Assembly: GCA_965202585.1 (NCBI GenBank)
Contig: OZ241830.1
Coordinates: forward strand, 40,920,001 to 40,984,000
Source: Thalia democratica
Taxonomy: Eukaryota
Direction of reading: 5' to 3'
Length of the DNA stretch: 64,000 nucleotides
In this document: piece after piece, positions 50,606 to 63,050 of the stretch
How the letters are laid out: the number at the start of each line of letters is the position of its first letter
Position numbering within the stretch: the first letter of the stretch is position 1
The notes under the pieces: generated by a model
The model's database searches: none
Seen by the model: the letters and a program-made list of their open reading frames with translations, nothing else
Told to the model about the DNA's origin: nothing
Position numbers and translations under genes: made by a program

Positions 50606-53600
50606 CTATTTGGTAAATTACCTACGTAGCAAAACAAAAATAGTTAGTTAAAAATATTTTGTCGTTTTTATAATTCCGCAAAAGTAAATTAGTAAAAGTA
50701 ACAGCAAAAAAATGTATTAGAATTTAAGCTATCAGTAATTTTAAAATTTCGAAATATGTTAACTACTATTGTTGTTGTTTTTTTTTGACTATTTTTTTTT
50801 TATCAAATAACCGAAATTCTAATAACAAGTAGGAAGTTAAAAAGTTTTAAGGTACGAAAATACAAACTAACTACGTTGTTTTTTTCTTATTGACCTACCA
50901 TCCACTGAGCCTAAATTCAAAATTATTGTTAAAAATTTTTTTTTGACAAACTTTTTGTACATACAAAAACTATATAATCTTACCTATTATTATGATTAGT
51001 GTTAGATAAATAAAGCAGGTAAATTTAGTGATCATGTTTAGTTTTATAATTGATCTGAAAAATAACTTTGCTGTTTTGAAAAGTTTTTGTTATTGAAAGT
51101 TTTAGTAAAATAAAAAGTCACGCATTATAAGTGAATTATTTTTTCTTAATAGGTTAAAAACTAAAAAAAACGCTTTTACAATAACACTAAAATGTTTTGA
51201 GTTACTATTAAAATGAATAAATTAACTCATAATTACAACACTAACAAATTTAATCTATTATTGGCTGTTAAATGTTAATTTTAAGTATTAAACTAGGATT
51301 AAGTTTTTATGTTTATGATAACGCTTTTTAGTTATCAGATTCTATTTGTTTATCATTATGTTTCATATAAGTAAAATCAGTTTAACTTTCGTAAACACTC
51401 AAAAATGTGTAATATAATTTATTTAAAAAATGTTTCATTAAACTTTTACTATCCGTTTAAAATATATTATAACATAAAAATGCTTTGAAACTACTGAAAA
51501 ATGTACGTTACAATTAATAATGTTAGCTTTACGTATAAACAAACAAAAAAAAATAGGTAGGACTTTTATTTATTTTTACATTCACTTATTACGAACAAGT
51601 ATGTAAAAAACATAATAGTGTAAGTAGAACAATACTCATAGAAAAAAAAACTGTAAAATAATAATACAAATTTGATGTATTTCTACTTTAAGTATAAAAC
51701 TAGTATTATTTCATCAACTGTCTCATATAGAGTTTTTCGTTGAATGATATATTTAGTAACATGCTTTAGACACATGGCGCTATGATGGCTAAAAGTTAAA
51801 ATTAAAAACCCTTTCTAGCTTAAATCATTTACAATTTAATTGTGTATAATCCATTCTAAAACAACAAAACAGTCATAAAAATAGCAAAAAAGTATTGATT
51901 TATACTGTACATTGAAAACAATTTATAAATGTTAGAAGGTTTTTTAAGAAGCCTTGTAACCTTAATATTTTTTGAGATTTAGTAAAAGTCTAGTTGTACA
52001 TATTTTATAACAAATATTCTGTTTGAAAAGTCTAAAACATTTTTTAAGATTCATTTTACAGTATAACAGGTAAACTAAAACTAAAAATATACACAGTATG
52101 AGTTAATAAAAAAAAATGTCAAACATAGTGGAAGGTACTGCTATATTTGTTATATGCTATATATATTTATATACTGCTTTGTTTTGTTTAGTTTGGTTTG
52201 TAGTGCTCTATAGTTTATAGAATAAGTAGTGCGACATACGTGTAAGGTATAAACAAAATAAAAGTTTACATATGTTCTGCCTGTACAATAAATCTACATG
52301 TATATATGAGTTTTAGAGTAAATTGTATTTTAATAATCACTACTGTTAAACTGGTAGAGTTTATGCATAATACTACTACAGAAATTTAAATATATATATA
52401 TTATTACATGTTTATACAATTTTGATCGGACTAACATACATTTACTTCAGAATAAAACAACAATCTTAAGTGGTAGGTTTCGTGCATATAAAGAATTGAA
52501 ATTTAGTAGATTTTGCCAATTCTTAATCTTTTCTAATTAATACTTTAAGTCGTAAAAAAGACTTTTAATAGTATCAAATACTCTGAAATTGAAAAACTCT
52601 GATATTACGAGATAAAACTATTTTTAGAAAGTCTGCCTAAACTCACGCAATTTAGTGTTTAAATTAGAATAACTTGCTAAAAAGTTTAGTTTTATTACAT
52701 AGATTAAAGGTTTTTTGTTAAAAAATTTGTGTTTGACTCATTAGTTTTACATTAAACTTACCACATGCTACTTAGTGGTTTGATATTTATTGTACTTATG
52801 ATATTTGTTTCCAAATTTTATAATTTTTATCAAAATATTTTAATAAAAGTAAAAATAGTTTTAGTTCTGCTTGTAAAACAAGTTTGTAGCTCATTATGGT
52901 TAATAACATAATTTTCTTCAAATTGTTGTAGACGATAAAAAAATTAGAAAAAAAAACTTCTCAGGCCGTTATTTAATCAGAAAGGCTAAAGAGCTTAGAA
53001 ATAACTGTCAAATGAGATATAAACCAAAGTATTTATTCACAAAGCTTTCATAATTTATTTTACAATTATATTTATCAGACCGTTATATAACTTTTTTAAA
53101 CTCAAACATTTTCGATAAGACTATGTTAGATAAATAAAGAATAACTAAAATGCAAATTTTTGTTAAAACTTAAAACAAAATTACGTAATATAAGTTCTTT
53201 CATAGATATCTATTTGTTTTTGTATTGTCAAACAGTAAAAAAAATCTCACCTTTGTTTATTTGTTAAATAAACAATAAAACCTTACTGAAGATGTTTTAT
53301 ATTTGAATATACTACAGGGTTGAATTCGTTCCTTCACAATTCAGCTACACATTGAAATTTTAATATGGATTTTTTAGTTTTCAGTTGTGTAAATTATTAT
53401 TTTTATACGTTGTAGAAAAAAAAAATATTATCATAAGTACACGACAAGTTTAAAGCGCTACATAAAAGAAAGACAAGTTATGGTCGAAATTATTTTTTAT
53501 ATTCTATATTTTAGTCCGCTGTGTTTGTAAGTATAATATAACTACAATTCTTTAATATAAAATTACAAAATATCAATAACATAAGTTTTGCTGAAGTTCA

Positions 53601-56600
53601 AACCCTTAGAATTTTATTTGAAAAATTAAAAACTTAGGTCTTATTTTCTTATTACGAGTAAGATATAAATTGCGAATTTTATTTCTAAAAACGTTACTTG
53701 TAAAAATTTATATGGTCCAATAAAAATAAATTAAAACAGAAAATATAATCAGTTAGTAACAATTAGTAAATTGAATAATTAAATAAATTGCTTTAAACTA
53801 TTTCAAACTATTATTTATAAATTTGTTATTAATATATTAAACCATACAAAGTAACAATAAAAGCTTTACTAAAATTTAATTTTCTTAAATGAATACAATT
53901 TCACAGAAAAACATTCTTATTCAGCGGTTTAATAGTTAACTAACAGGAAATAATATCGAATAAAACTGTAGCACTAAACACAGTCTTCAGAATTTATTTT
54001 TGAAACACAAATGCTTTTGTTTTATCTAATAGCTTACCTGTGACTATTTGAGCTACAGTATATCTTTTATTGAGTAATACATTTTAAACACTAAATCAAG
54101 CTTTTACACATAACTCAAAATAAATAACCCTAGGTTAAATTTTATACTTTACTTTGATATACTTATATACACTCTTTTAACGACAAATTACTTAAATCAA
54201 AAGTACGCAAAACGCTCACGTATAATTCCAATACCGTATAAATAATTTGTTAATTTTCCAACTTTTATTGAAAAATAGTACAAAGTAAACTTTGAACAAA
54301 AACTACGTAATAATATGTTGTTTAAATGTTTCTATTTGTGAGTTCTTTATACTTTCTTTTTCTATAAGGATTTAGTAAATCTTATTATATTTAAAAAAAG
54401 AATACATTTAATTATTTCTAAAAACTAGTGCATTATAAGTAAACCAATTTATATAAGAACAAATTGGCTGGTCTACCAAGTAATAAGAACTATATTGTAT
54501 TTCAATATATTTAACTTTTTATATACGTATGACTAGAAAAAATAGTTTAAAAATTTTAGTAGTTTTTTATACTATACACAACTAATTTATTTTTTTATTT
54601 TAATAAATTAATACATTAATTAATTGTAATTTATATGATTGTTATTTTTTTCAATTGTTGTAAAACCTTTTTTTTTTCATTTTTTTAAATTAAATGTTAT
54701 GTCTTTCAAGCTTGAATTAAAATACTTAAAGTATTACTTAAGCTATCTTAGGAAGAATTTAATCTAGTTTTATTTAAAGTTTTAAAGCTTACAATTTTTT
54801 TTGTATTGTACTACAAGATTTTTAACGTTTTACCCGCCAACTTTGACCCTGATTTAAACCACAAAATCACTTTACGTTTAACACTAAGCTGACACCAAAA
54901 TGCTTGTATTAAGACCGCTAAAGTATTCTTAGAGTATAAAAATGTTATACAGAGTTAAGTTATAAGACTTACATAATTAAATCGAATTTTAAGCAGGAAT
55001 AGTTGGTTTTTTATTTTATATATTACCTTTAGCGTAATAAAAGTTTAGGTTTTGCCTCATCTCATTTAAATAAAACTATACTATTTAAGTATCTTTACTT
55101 ACTTAGTAATTACTGTTCTGAACTTATGTCCATTTAGTTTTAAACTTTTCTTTAAAGTATTTTTTAAAACAAGACTTTTAGTAAGCTTATTTCAACAGAT
55201 ATGTGGTAAAATTTTCTGTCTAAGTTTTTTAATTCCATTTAGAATAATTAGAAATATATAAAATGAAATTTTAAACTTTAGGAAAAAGCTATTATAGGTT
55301 TAACATCCTAAAATTGTTCATATCTATACAAAAATTAATAACTTTAAAGTCTTAAAAATAAGTTTAGTAAAGAATATTTTTTGTTATTTTGTACGTAAAA
55401 GTTAAAAACAAAATCGTGTAGAAGAAAACAAAAATTGACTAAAACTGACTTGTGTAAACCAACATAAAACTTTAATGTTTTAAAAAATCAAAACTTTTAT
55501 TTTTCTGTCGGCTACACTAAAGTTAGAGATAACCGTTTGCAAAAGTTATTACTTATATACTAATGGTAAGCTTTATATTTGACCAAGAAAAGCTTAAAGT
55601 ACAAACAAACAAAATATTTCTGCAATATTTAAACGCGGTTATGAAAAGACCATGAATATCAATTTTTTTTTTGATGTTGTAGAACTTTTATGACAAATTA
55701 AAAATTTCGTAGAGAAAAATAAAATAAAATTTATATTGAAAAACAGATGAAATTTTTCAAAATACTTTGAATTACCGAAATCATTTTAAGTGTAATTTTT
55801 CTTTTAAACTGTTGCACCGCAAGTATTAAAGTTCATGTTGTTATTTTTCATCACGTAAACCGCTCACGTACATTATAAAGTGCTATTTAAGAATAGACAT
55901 TACGGCATATATCGGTTGAAACTCTGTACAGACAAAAGTCTGTAAGAAGTTGGCATTACTTATGCTTTATTAATAAGATTATGTTAAACAGGTTTAAACT
56001 AAAGAAAAGGAACTTTATATACAATGCTTTTTTTCTAAATGATGTCTTATAAACGTATTATTAAAGCTTAGTAATTTTTAATTTAAAAAGGTTTATGGTA
56101 AACTGAAATTCAAGTAAATGAAGTTTTTGTAAAGTAATATCAAAAACTTTTTATAACTTTGTATCTAGATAAACTCATATACGATGTAAGTCAATCAATA
56201 TTTTAAACAAATTATGAATTTTCACTCATTAAAACGTTCCGCTAAGCAAAATAACAACCACAAAAGTAATCAAACTTTACAAACCTTACCCGATACATAT
56301 TTAAAAACCACAAAAATTCTAAACTTCGATTAGCAGAATTGTCAAAAGTTACATCATACTTAATGTTTGTAAGAATGACTAACTAAGACCAAAATTTTAA
56401 AGTTGTAATACTCTAGTGATATCTATATTGATCTAAACATTTTTACTTGATAAAATATTTTCAAAACATTATGTCTAAGTATTCCATTAAAAATTCTATG
56501 TTTAAAAAATATTAAAACATTTAAGTTTTGGTTGTGATATGTTGTCAAGTATTTTTTTAAAGTAAAATTGAAATGTTTGAGTGGTTTTACTTTTAATTCA

Positions 56601-59600
56601 TATTTTTATTAAATTTAAAAGAAAATTTAATAGCATGTTTTTTGTTGTTTTTTTTTTCATTGTCAGCTCTCGCTTTACACAAAATAAAAATATTATTCAA
56701 AGTACTTTAGATTAAGCCTTACCCTGTTTACCAAAACTAACATTTTTTAAACCTTTTAATTTTTGGCTTACAAAATTACGCTTTAAATATTTAGACAAAA
56801 CCAAAAAATAAACTTTTTTTTCAACCAAGGTAAAAAAGATACATATAAAATTATTTTACTTACTTGTATAACTAATGAATATTTATACAGTACTTTTTTT
56901 AAGAAGTTCTAGTGCAATAAGACATAGTTAAAGCAAAAAATATTCAAACAAGTATACCGGTTCCTGTTACTTGTTTGAAGACAAATTAAAAGATAATAAC
57001 TACATTGTGTACTTCAAGTAACATTAAATATCATGTTTACTATTTACAGTAATTCTAAATTTATAGAAATATAAAAGTTTAATGTTAAAGTAATACTTTT
57101 GTTCTAAAAATTTTGCTATGACGAAAACTTAAAAACTGATTTATTTAAAACTTTTGATATTATTATGTACAATTTAAGTGAAGAAGCAATCACCTAAAAT
57201 ATCTTTTTTTCTCCTTTTTTGAGTTCTACCAATTGATTAATTGTTATTTGAACTGTAAAAACATGATTTGGTTACAATTTCTTTGTATGATATTTATCTA
57301 GAATGATTAACGTTGTAGGTATTTTGATTGTTTAATTGAAATTTATAGTTTTGTGTAGTATTCTCAATACTTATGCATTTGAATAGCTCTTTTGTATTTT
57401 TGTAAACATTTTTACGTATTATTATTATAACTTAAATGTTGGTAAGCACATATGGAATGTAAGTAGTAAATTTTTGTAGTACAACTTATCATTGTTTGTT
57501 TAATACAAAACAAAAAAACATTTTTGCTTTTCAAATTGAAAATTTTATAGATCAATCATTTGTTACTTATAAATAAGTTTGTTTCCCCTGAAATGAAATA
57601 GTCAAGTTTAGCTGAACAAATAGATACTTTAAAGTTTTATTTTATAAATAAAATTATGTAAAAATTAATATGTTTAACACTTTCATAGTTTTTATTTTCG
57701 AAATTAGGATGATAGTTATTTAAGTAATATAAATAAAATCCTGATATTGCTCATTGTAAAATCACCTTAGAAAAAAAATAATAGTAGTTATTACAAGGTT
57801 TCTCTAACAAAAAGTTTTACTATGTAGTAGATGTCACTAACTTTCATTTAATAAGACTAACTAATTTTCAGAAAATAAACAAAGAGTTTAAAATTTATTT
57901 TTAAAACATACCCTAACAAATCGAAAAGCTTGTTAAGTTTCGAGGTTTTAGTTTAAAAATAAACATATTGATTATATATAAACTATCGGTTTTAGTACTG
58001 ACAGAATGTGACAAAAGATAAACATATTGAGTACAGAAACAATTACATTTTAAAATCATACATATGTTTAAGTAGTAATTTTCTGTTTTATAACTGAATT
58101 AAATTAAAAGTTATCACATGTTTAAAAAGTTATGAACATGTTTTTTTGTCATAAATTAAAGCCTTCTTTGCTACACATTACAGTATCGAAATAAAGATAT
58201 ACTTAAAGTTCAATAGTTATCTTATCAGCAAAATTCCTAAAAATGGAAGTTCAAACTTATCTAAAACTGATAATTTTTGTGTTATCTAAATTGATTTTTT
58301 ACAAATTAAACACAAATAAAAAGCTTAATTAAATTGTTTTAAATTACGTAGCATTAAACACGAGGTTTAAATGATTTTTTTAAGCATTTTTTACAATTGA
58401 GGTAAACTATACTTAAGATCAAAATTCTTTTATCAATATGATATATATTTTTTTATAGAAATATTTACTAAGAATTTTCATAGAATTATAGTATATTGTA
58501 AAAAAGTTTTATTATGTACTAGAAAAAAAACAAAAATAGTTCTGTTTCAAAGAATGTTTTAAGAATAACGTAATAGAAAAATAATCGACAAAGCAGTGCC
58601 ATTACGTTTTATAAAAACTAAAATCAGTATTTTTCTTTAGGTATATTGTTTAAAGTTTAGCTTAAATGAACGAACTTAAAAAACCTTTTTTGTTAACTTT
58701 ATATTTTAGATTACAAAGGTTTAAAGTTATTTTAAATTATAAAGAGTAACTTTTTGTTTTGTTTGATGAATTAAAACGTTTCGCTTGTCGAATAAATTAA
58801 ATTTTGAAAGCTTTTTTGGAGTTTGTTTTTTTGAATTTTTATTTATTTTTAATAAACTTGAATATTTGTTTTTATTAATGTATACTTATTCTTTTTTTTT
58901 TTTTAATTAAGCCAAGTTATATACACAACATAACAATAATACAATTTTAAAAACTACTTTAATTGCTTTATATGATTTATGATGGTTTAATTTAGAAAGG
59001 TGAATAAATTAATTATATAACTGTTATCTTTTTGTTTTTAAAAACACGCAAATACTTTTATAAAAGTTTTTTTTTTTTTTTTTGACAGACAGATAAATTA
59101 CCGTATTAATTTTTTATTTATTTTGTAACTGTTACTTTAGAACACAATAAAAAATTAAAAAAAAATTGTTTAAATGAATATTAAAAATTATCTTAAATAA
59201 CAAACACAGAATAAAACTTATGGCTTTTGAGTAAATGTATACGAGATCTAAGGAAATATAACGGTGTACCTTAAAGTAGTATATATTTATGTATATATAA
59301 ACAAATATGACAAACTTAGTACTCGGAAATAAAATTTTACCCTGTAAAGCTGTTTCAGCGTTTTAACACGCTTTCTTAAATAACCTTTCAATAAATAAAA
59401 TAAAGTTATAAGCATAACTACACAAAGTATTTTGAATTAGAAGTGAAGTAAAAATAAAATAAAAACATATGTTAATAGCATTTCAACCACCACAGTTTTC
59501 AAATATATTTTCTTACAGTAATGTAAATAACCTCTTTGTAGCTAGTTTAACTTTTATCATCCACGGACTTTACAATGCAAGTATATATACATATATGGAT

Positions 59601-60419
59601 AGTTAACTTTTATTATCTTTCTGAATTAAACGACTAATGGTAGGTAGTTATTAAAGGGACATGTTTTTAATACAAGTTTCGTTTTTTTTTTGTCAAAAAT
59701 TCCTTATAGTTTTTACATATATAAAATAAAAAAGCAGAGTTATGCTTAAACATGATTTATGAAAAATATTTTGCAGTAAAATTAAGTAAAATAACCTTAC
59801 AATTAGATTAATTGTATATAACTTATAATATATTTGTACAATTCAGTAAATTTAAAGTTAGTTTGACACTAATTGTTTTCAAGAATTAAGTTATGTTTAA
59901 ACAATGTAAAATTAATTTAGTGAACTGCTTAAATAAAGTTTATAGCTAAAGTATAAAGAATGTCTTACTAAGCATAAATAGCTTTTTTTAAATGAGCTAA
60001 CTTTTAAATAAAAACTGAAGTCAAAACTTTATGTTTTAAAAGTTACAATAGTCTTTCTTGAAGGGTTGTGATTAGGTAAAACTTTCATATTTAAATGTTA
60101 TACAAATCATATAAGTTAATATGAATATAGTTTTTGCTTAAAGTTAATAAAAAAATTGTACAGAATTGTAATTGTAAACAGTAAACTGAAAAAAATAATT
60201 AAAAAGTGTTAATAAGTATTAATAAAACAGCAAGTTTTACACAATAATTAAGATTGAAAATTTCTTGTTGGTATAAGTTTCAATTCAATTTTTCAACTAT
60301 ATGAATGCAAAAATTTTCAAATTTAAATAAGTTCTACAGTTAAAAAATAAAACATTTTTAATAATTTATGCAAATTTATTAGTTAAAAAATTCACAGAAG
60401 TTTATACTTGAGTAAAATA

Positions 60420-61196
60420 ATGACCAGTTACGGTGTGAAAATTTTACGCTGGGGTGAAAAAGGTAAATGGAAAATGACATCACTTGGGTTCGTTGTCAAT
60501 GGTAACTACTGTCCTGCATACACAATATTCAATGAAAGTAAACAGCAAGACGAAGTTAAAGATGAAAGAAGTATGGTGGGTTTGTTCAGAGAAGACTATC
60601 CGCATCTGAGGTATCTGGTCAAGGGTATTTACAAAGCGTTCCTTAAAATGCGTACCAATGACAAAGTCAACATAAACAGACAGTCAGCAGAGTTTACTGC
60701 GGATCCTAAAAAGGAACAGTACAGAATCCAAATCGAACCATTCAAAAGTAAGCTGAATGTGAGAGCTGAAAGACAGTGCTTGAATGGCTGTTGGAGTACT
60801 TTAGCGTTATCCTTTAGCGTTGTTGATGGAAAGTGCAGTGTTGGCAAGTATGGCGATGGTAAATGTGGTGATGAGTTCACAGCGAACAACGATGAGAAAA
60901 GTGATGATCTAAGTCGGACAAACGAGTTAAAGTGCATTTTAGGTCTGATGAACAAGTTTGTATACGCATATCCTTATCTCGAGAAAAAGTTCGACAATAA
61001 AATTCGTAATTTATTTCATGAAATGCGTAGGCTGGACAAACAGAACACAAACCAGCAATCTATGGAGTTTATTTTTCTTAACATGGGTACCAAAGAAGCA
61101 AATGTTATAAAACTAGCTTCACATCTGCAGTTACCAGATCTAGCTGAGTTTCAGAAAATTTCAATGACTAAAATTAACAGAGAGTGTAATTATTAA
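60420..61196 (+). CDS. Intronless hypothetical protein, 258 aa from the first ATG (MTSYGVKILRWG...RECNY*)
   Basis: Longest ORF in the window (777 nt), with coding-like composition. Diverged paralogs nearby share amino-acid blocks despite DNA divergence, which indicates a real coding family. No domain recognised. Confidence 0.75.
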   Translation: MTSYGVKILRWGEKGKWKMTSLGFVVNGNYCPAYTIFNESKQQDEVKDERSMVGLFREDYPHLRYLVKGIYKAFLKMRTNDKVNINRQSAEFTADPKKEQYRIQIEPFKSKLNVRAERQCLNGCWSTLALSFSVVDGKCSVGKYGDGKCGDEFTANNDEKSDDLSRTNELKCILGLMNKFVYAYPYLEKKFDNKIRNLFHEMRRLDKQNTNQQSMEFIFLNMGTKEANVIKLASHLQLPDLAEFQKISMTKINRECNY

Positions 61197-62379
61197 TTGT
61201 TTAGTTTGTGATAAATACGCCAGAATAAACTGTCAAAGACCATAAAAATAATTTAATTTAAGTTAGTACTGGCTCAGTTACAACAGTTTTACGTTATTTA
61301 CTACTCATTTTGTGTTACGGACTTATGTTTTTATTTTATAAGTTAGTAACGATGTGTAATACAGTTTTATAAAAAATGTGCAATTGTTTCATTTATTTCT
61401 ATTAATAATGTATGCTTAAATAGCTTATTTAGTTTGAGTTTTTTATATTTAAGCTTTCAGTAGAATGTCATATTGTAAGAAAGATGTGCTACAAACATTG
61501 TTTTATAAACTGTAAGTCTAATTAACAGATGAAAATATAAGATAATACAAAACTTATTTTACAGTGTTCTATGATAATGTTATAACACTATCTATCGACT
61601 ACTTTTGAATAAGTTTTTATTTCACTTGTATAATGTCAAAAATCATTTTTTAAACTATCCATGTATTGAATTTTTTTACTTTTCGTAATACTTAATTTTT
61701 AATTTTAACCTGGTTAGATAATATAACCAACCTTTTTTTTGCATGAAGGTTATACCAAAAATGACATAAGCAATTTTTTAAATAATTTAACTAGATCACA
61801 AATTAGTTAGATTGTTATATAGTGTTATTATAATATTAGATGTTAGGATATATGTAAATTTAAACTAGACAAGTTTGATTAAAAAATAATAATTGAGTTA
61901 AACGAATTAAATTACTGAGGCAAAAATAACAAACCAAAAAAAAATTACAGCTCAAAATTGACATAGTTAAATAAGGGTGCAAATGAAGCTATGTAACATA
62001 ACTAGCTCAAACATTTTTAAACACCAATTAGTTTTAATAATTTTATCTTTTTTCAAACTATATAGTAAACGTAGTTGGTTAAATTTCTTGAAAACTTTAG
62101 AGTTAAAGTGAAAAAATTATAAGAAAAAACACTAACTGTAAACAGTATGTTTTCTTTTTTTTTTTAATTAAAGAGTGTAACCAACTTTTGATAAACAGCT
62201 AATTTTTAGAGTAAATGATTTTATAAAATTTGGCTGCAGGACTATTAAAATTTTAATAATTCCGAGTTATTGTTGATAATCGTTTTTAATAATTTTTGTA
62301 TACCATAAATAGTTTACTAATATCAATTAAAAAAACATAAATACTTTACATTTTTTAAACATTCATACTATTTTCAAAA

Positions 62380-62515
62380 CTGCATCAAAACGACATAAAA
62401 ATAAGAAAAACTATTCGCAGAATTCAAAGCAGATCCTGAAAAAGAAATACTTGCGGGCTACCGTTCAAATTATGTAAGAAAATTGACAGTGAAAGTGGAA
62501 AGACATCACAAAACT
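62380..62515 (+). pseudogene. Truncated paralog fragment of the 60420 ORF
   Basis: LFAEFKADPEKEILAGYRSNYVRKLTVKVER aligns with SAEFTADPKKEQYRIQIEPFKSKLNVRAER. There is a frameshift in the upstream A-run. Confidence 0.7.
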
Positions 62516-62547
62516 GACAAAGTTTAGAAGTAAATAATCTGCCAAGC

Positions 62548-63050
62548 TTGTTTGAAGCAGACTATCCGCATTTGAGACAATTAAGCACGGATATACGTAA
62601 AGGATTCTGTTTCTTGCGGGACAAGGACGTAGAAAACAAGAGGAAACAGTACGTAGAATTCACAGCAAATCCCGAAAGGGAATCACGTCAAAACTATCAA
62701 CCAAAACCGTATGAATGTAAATTGACAGTGAAAGTGAAATACAGTGTTTGAATGACGCTTGGAAAAGTTTAGTGTTGTCTGTCAGCGTTGGTAAGTACGG
62801 TGACAAATACACAGCTCACAACAACGAATCTGCTAACAATGACGAACTTATGAGCCAGACAGCCGAGTTAAAATGCATTAAAGGTTTAACGGAGAAGTCT
62901 GTAGCCGCCTTCAACAAATTATTGAAACGTGCGTTAACAGAATCAATTCAACTTGTATCTAAAAGTTTAGAAACCGACAAACCGAAAGTTAAAAAATTGG
63001 CTTCAGTCCTGTAGTTACCCAACTTGGTTAAGTTTAAGAAGGACTCTTTA
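62548..63050 (+). pseudogene. Frameshifted and nonsense-disrupted paralog of the 60420 ORF
   Basis: FEADYPHLRQL..EFTANPERE..KLTVKV, then a 1-nt deletion at ~62740, then QCLNDAWKSLVLSVSVGKYGD..TAELKCIKGL..KLASVL*LPNLVKFKK. This parallels FREDYPHLRYL..QCLNGCWSTLALS..TNELKCILGL..KLASHLQLPDLAEFQK, with TAG where the intact copy has CAG. Confidence 0.85.

Noticed and set aside
53287-53344. Minus-strand segment with good AG/GTAAGG boundaries
   Set aside because: All three frames from the TAG acceptor contain stops; at most UTR or a decayed exon.
60629-60955. 108-aa minus-strand ORF
   Set aside because: Antisense shadow of the 60420 ORF; the paralog conservation is on the plus strand.
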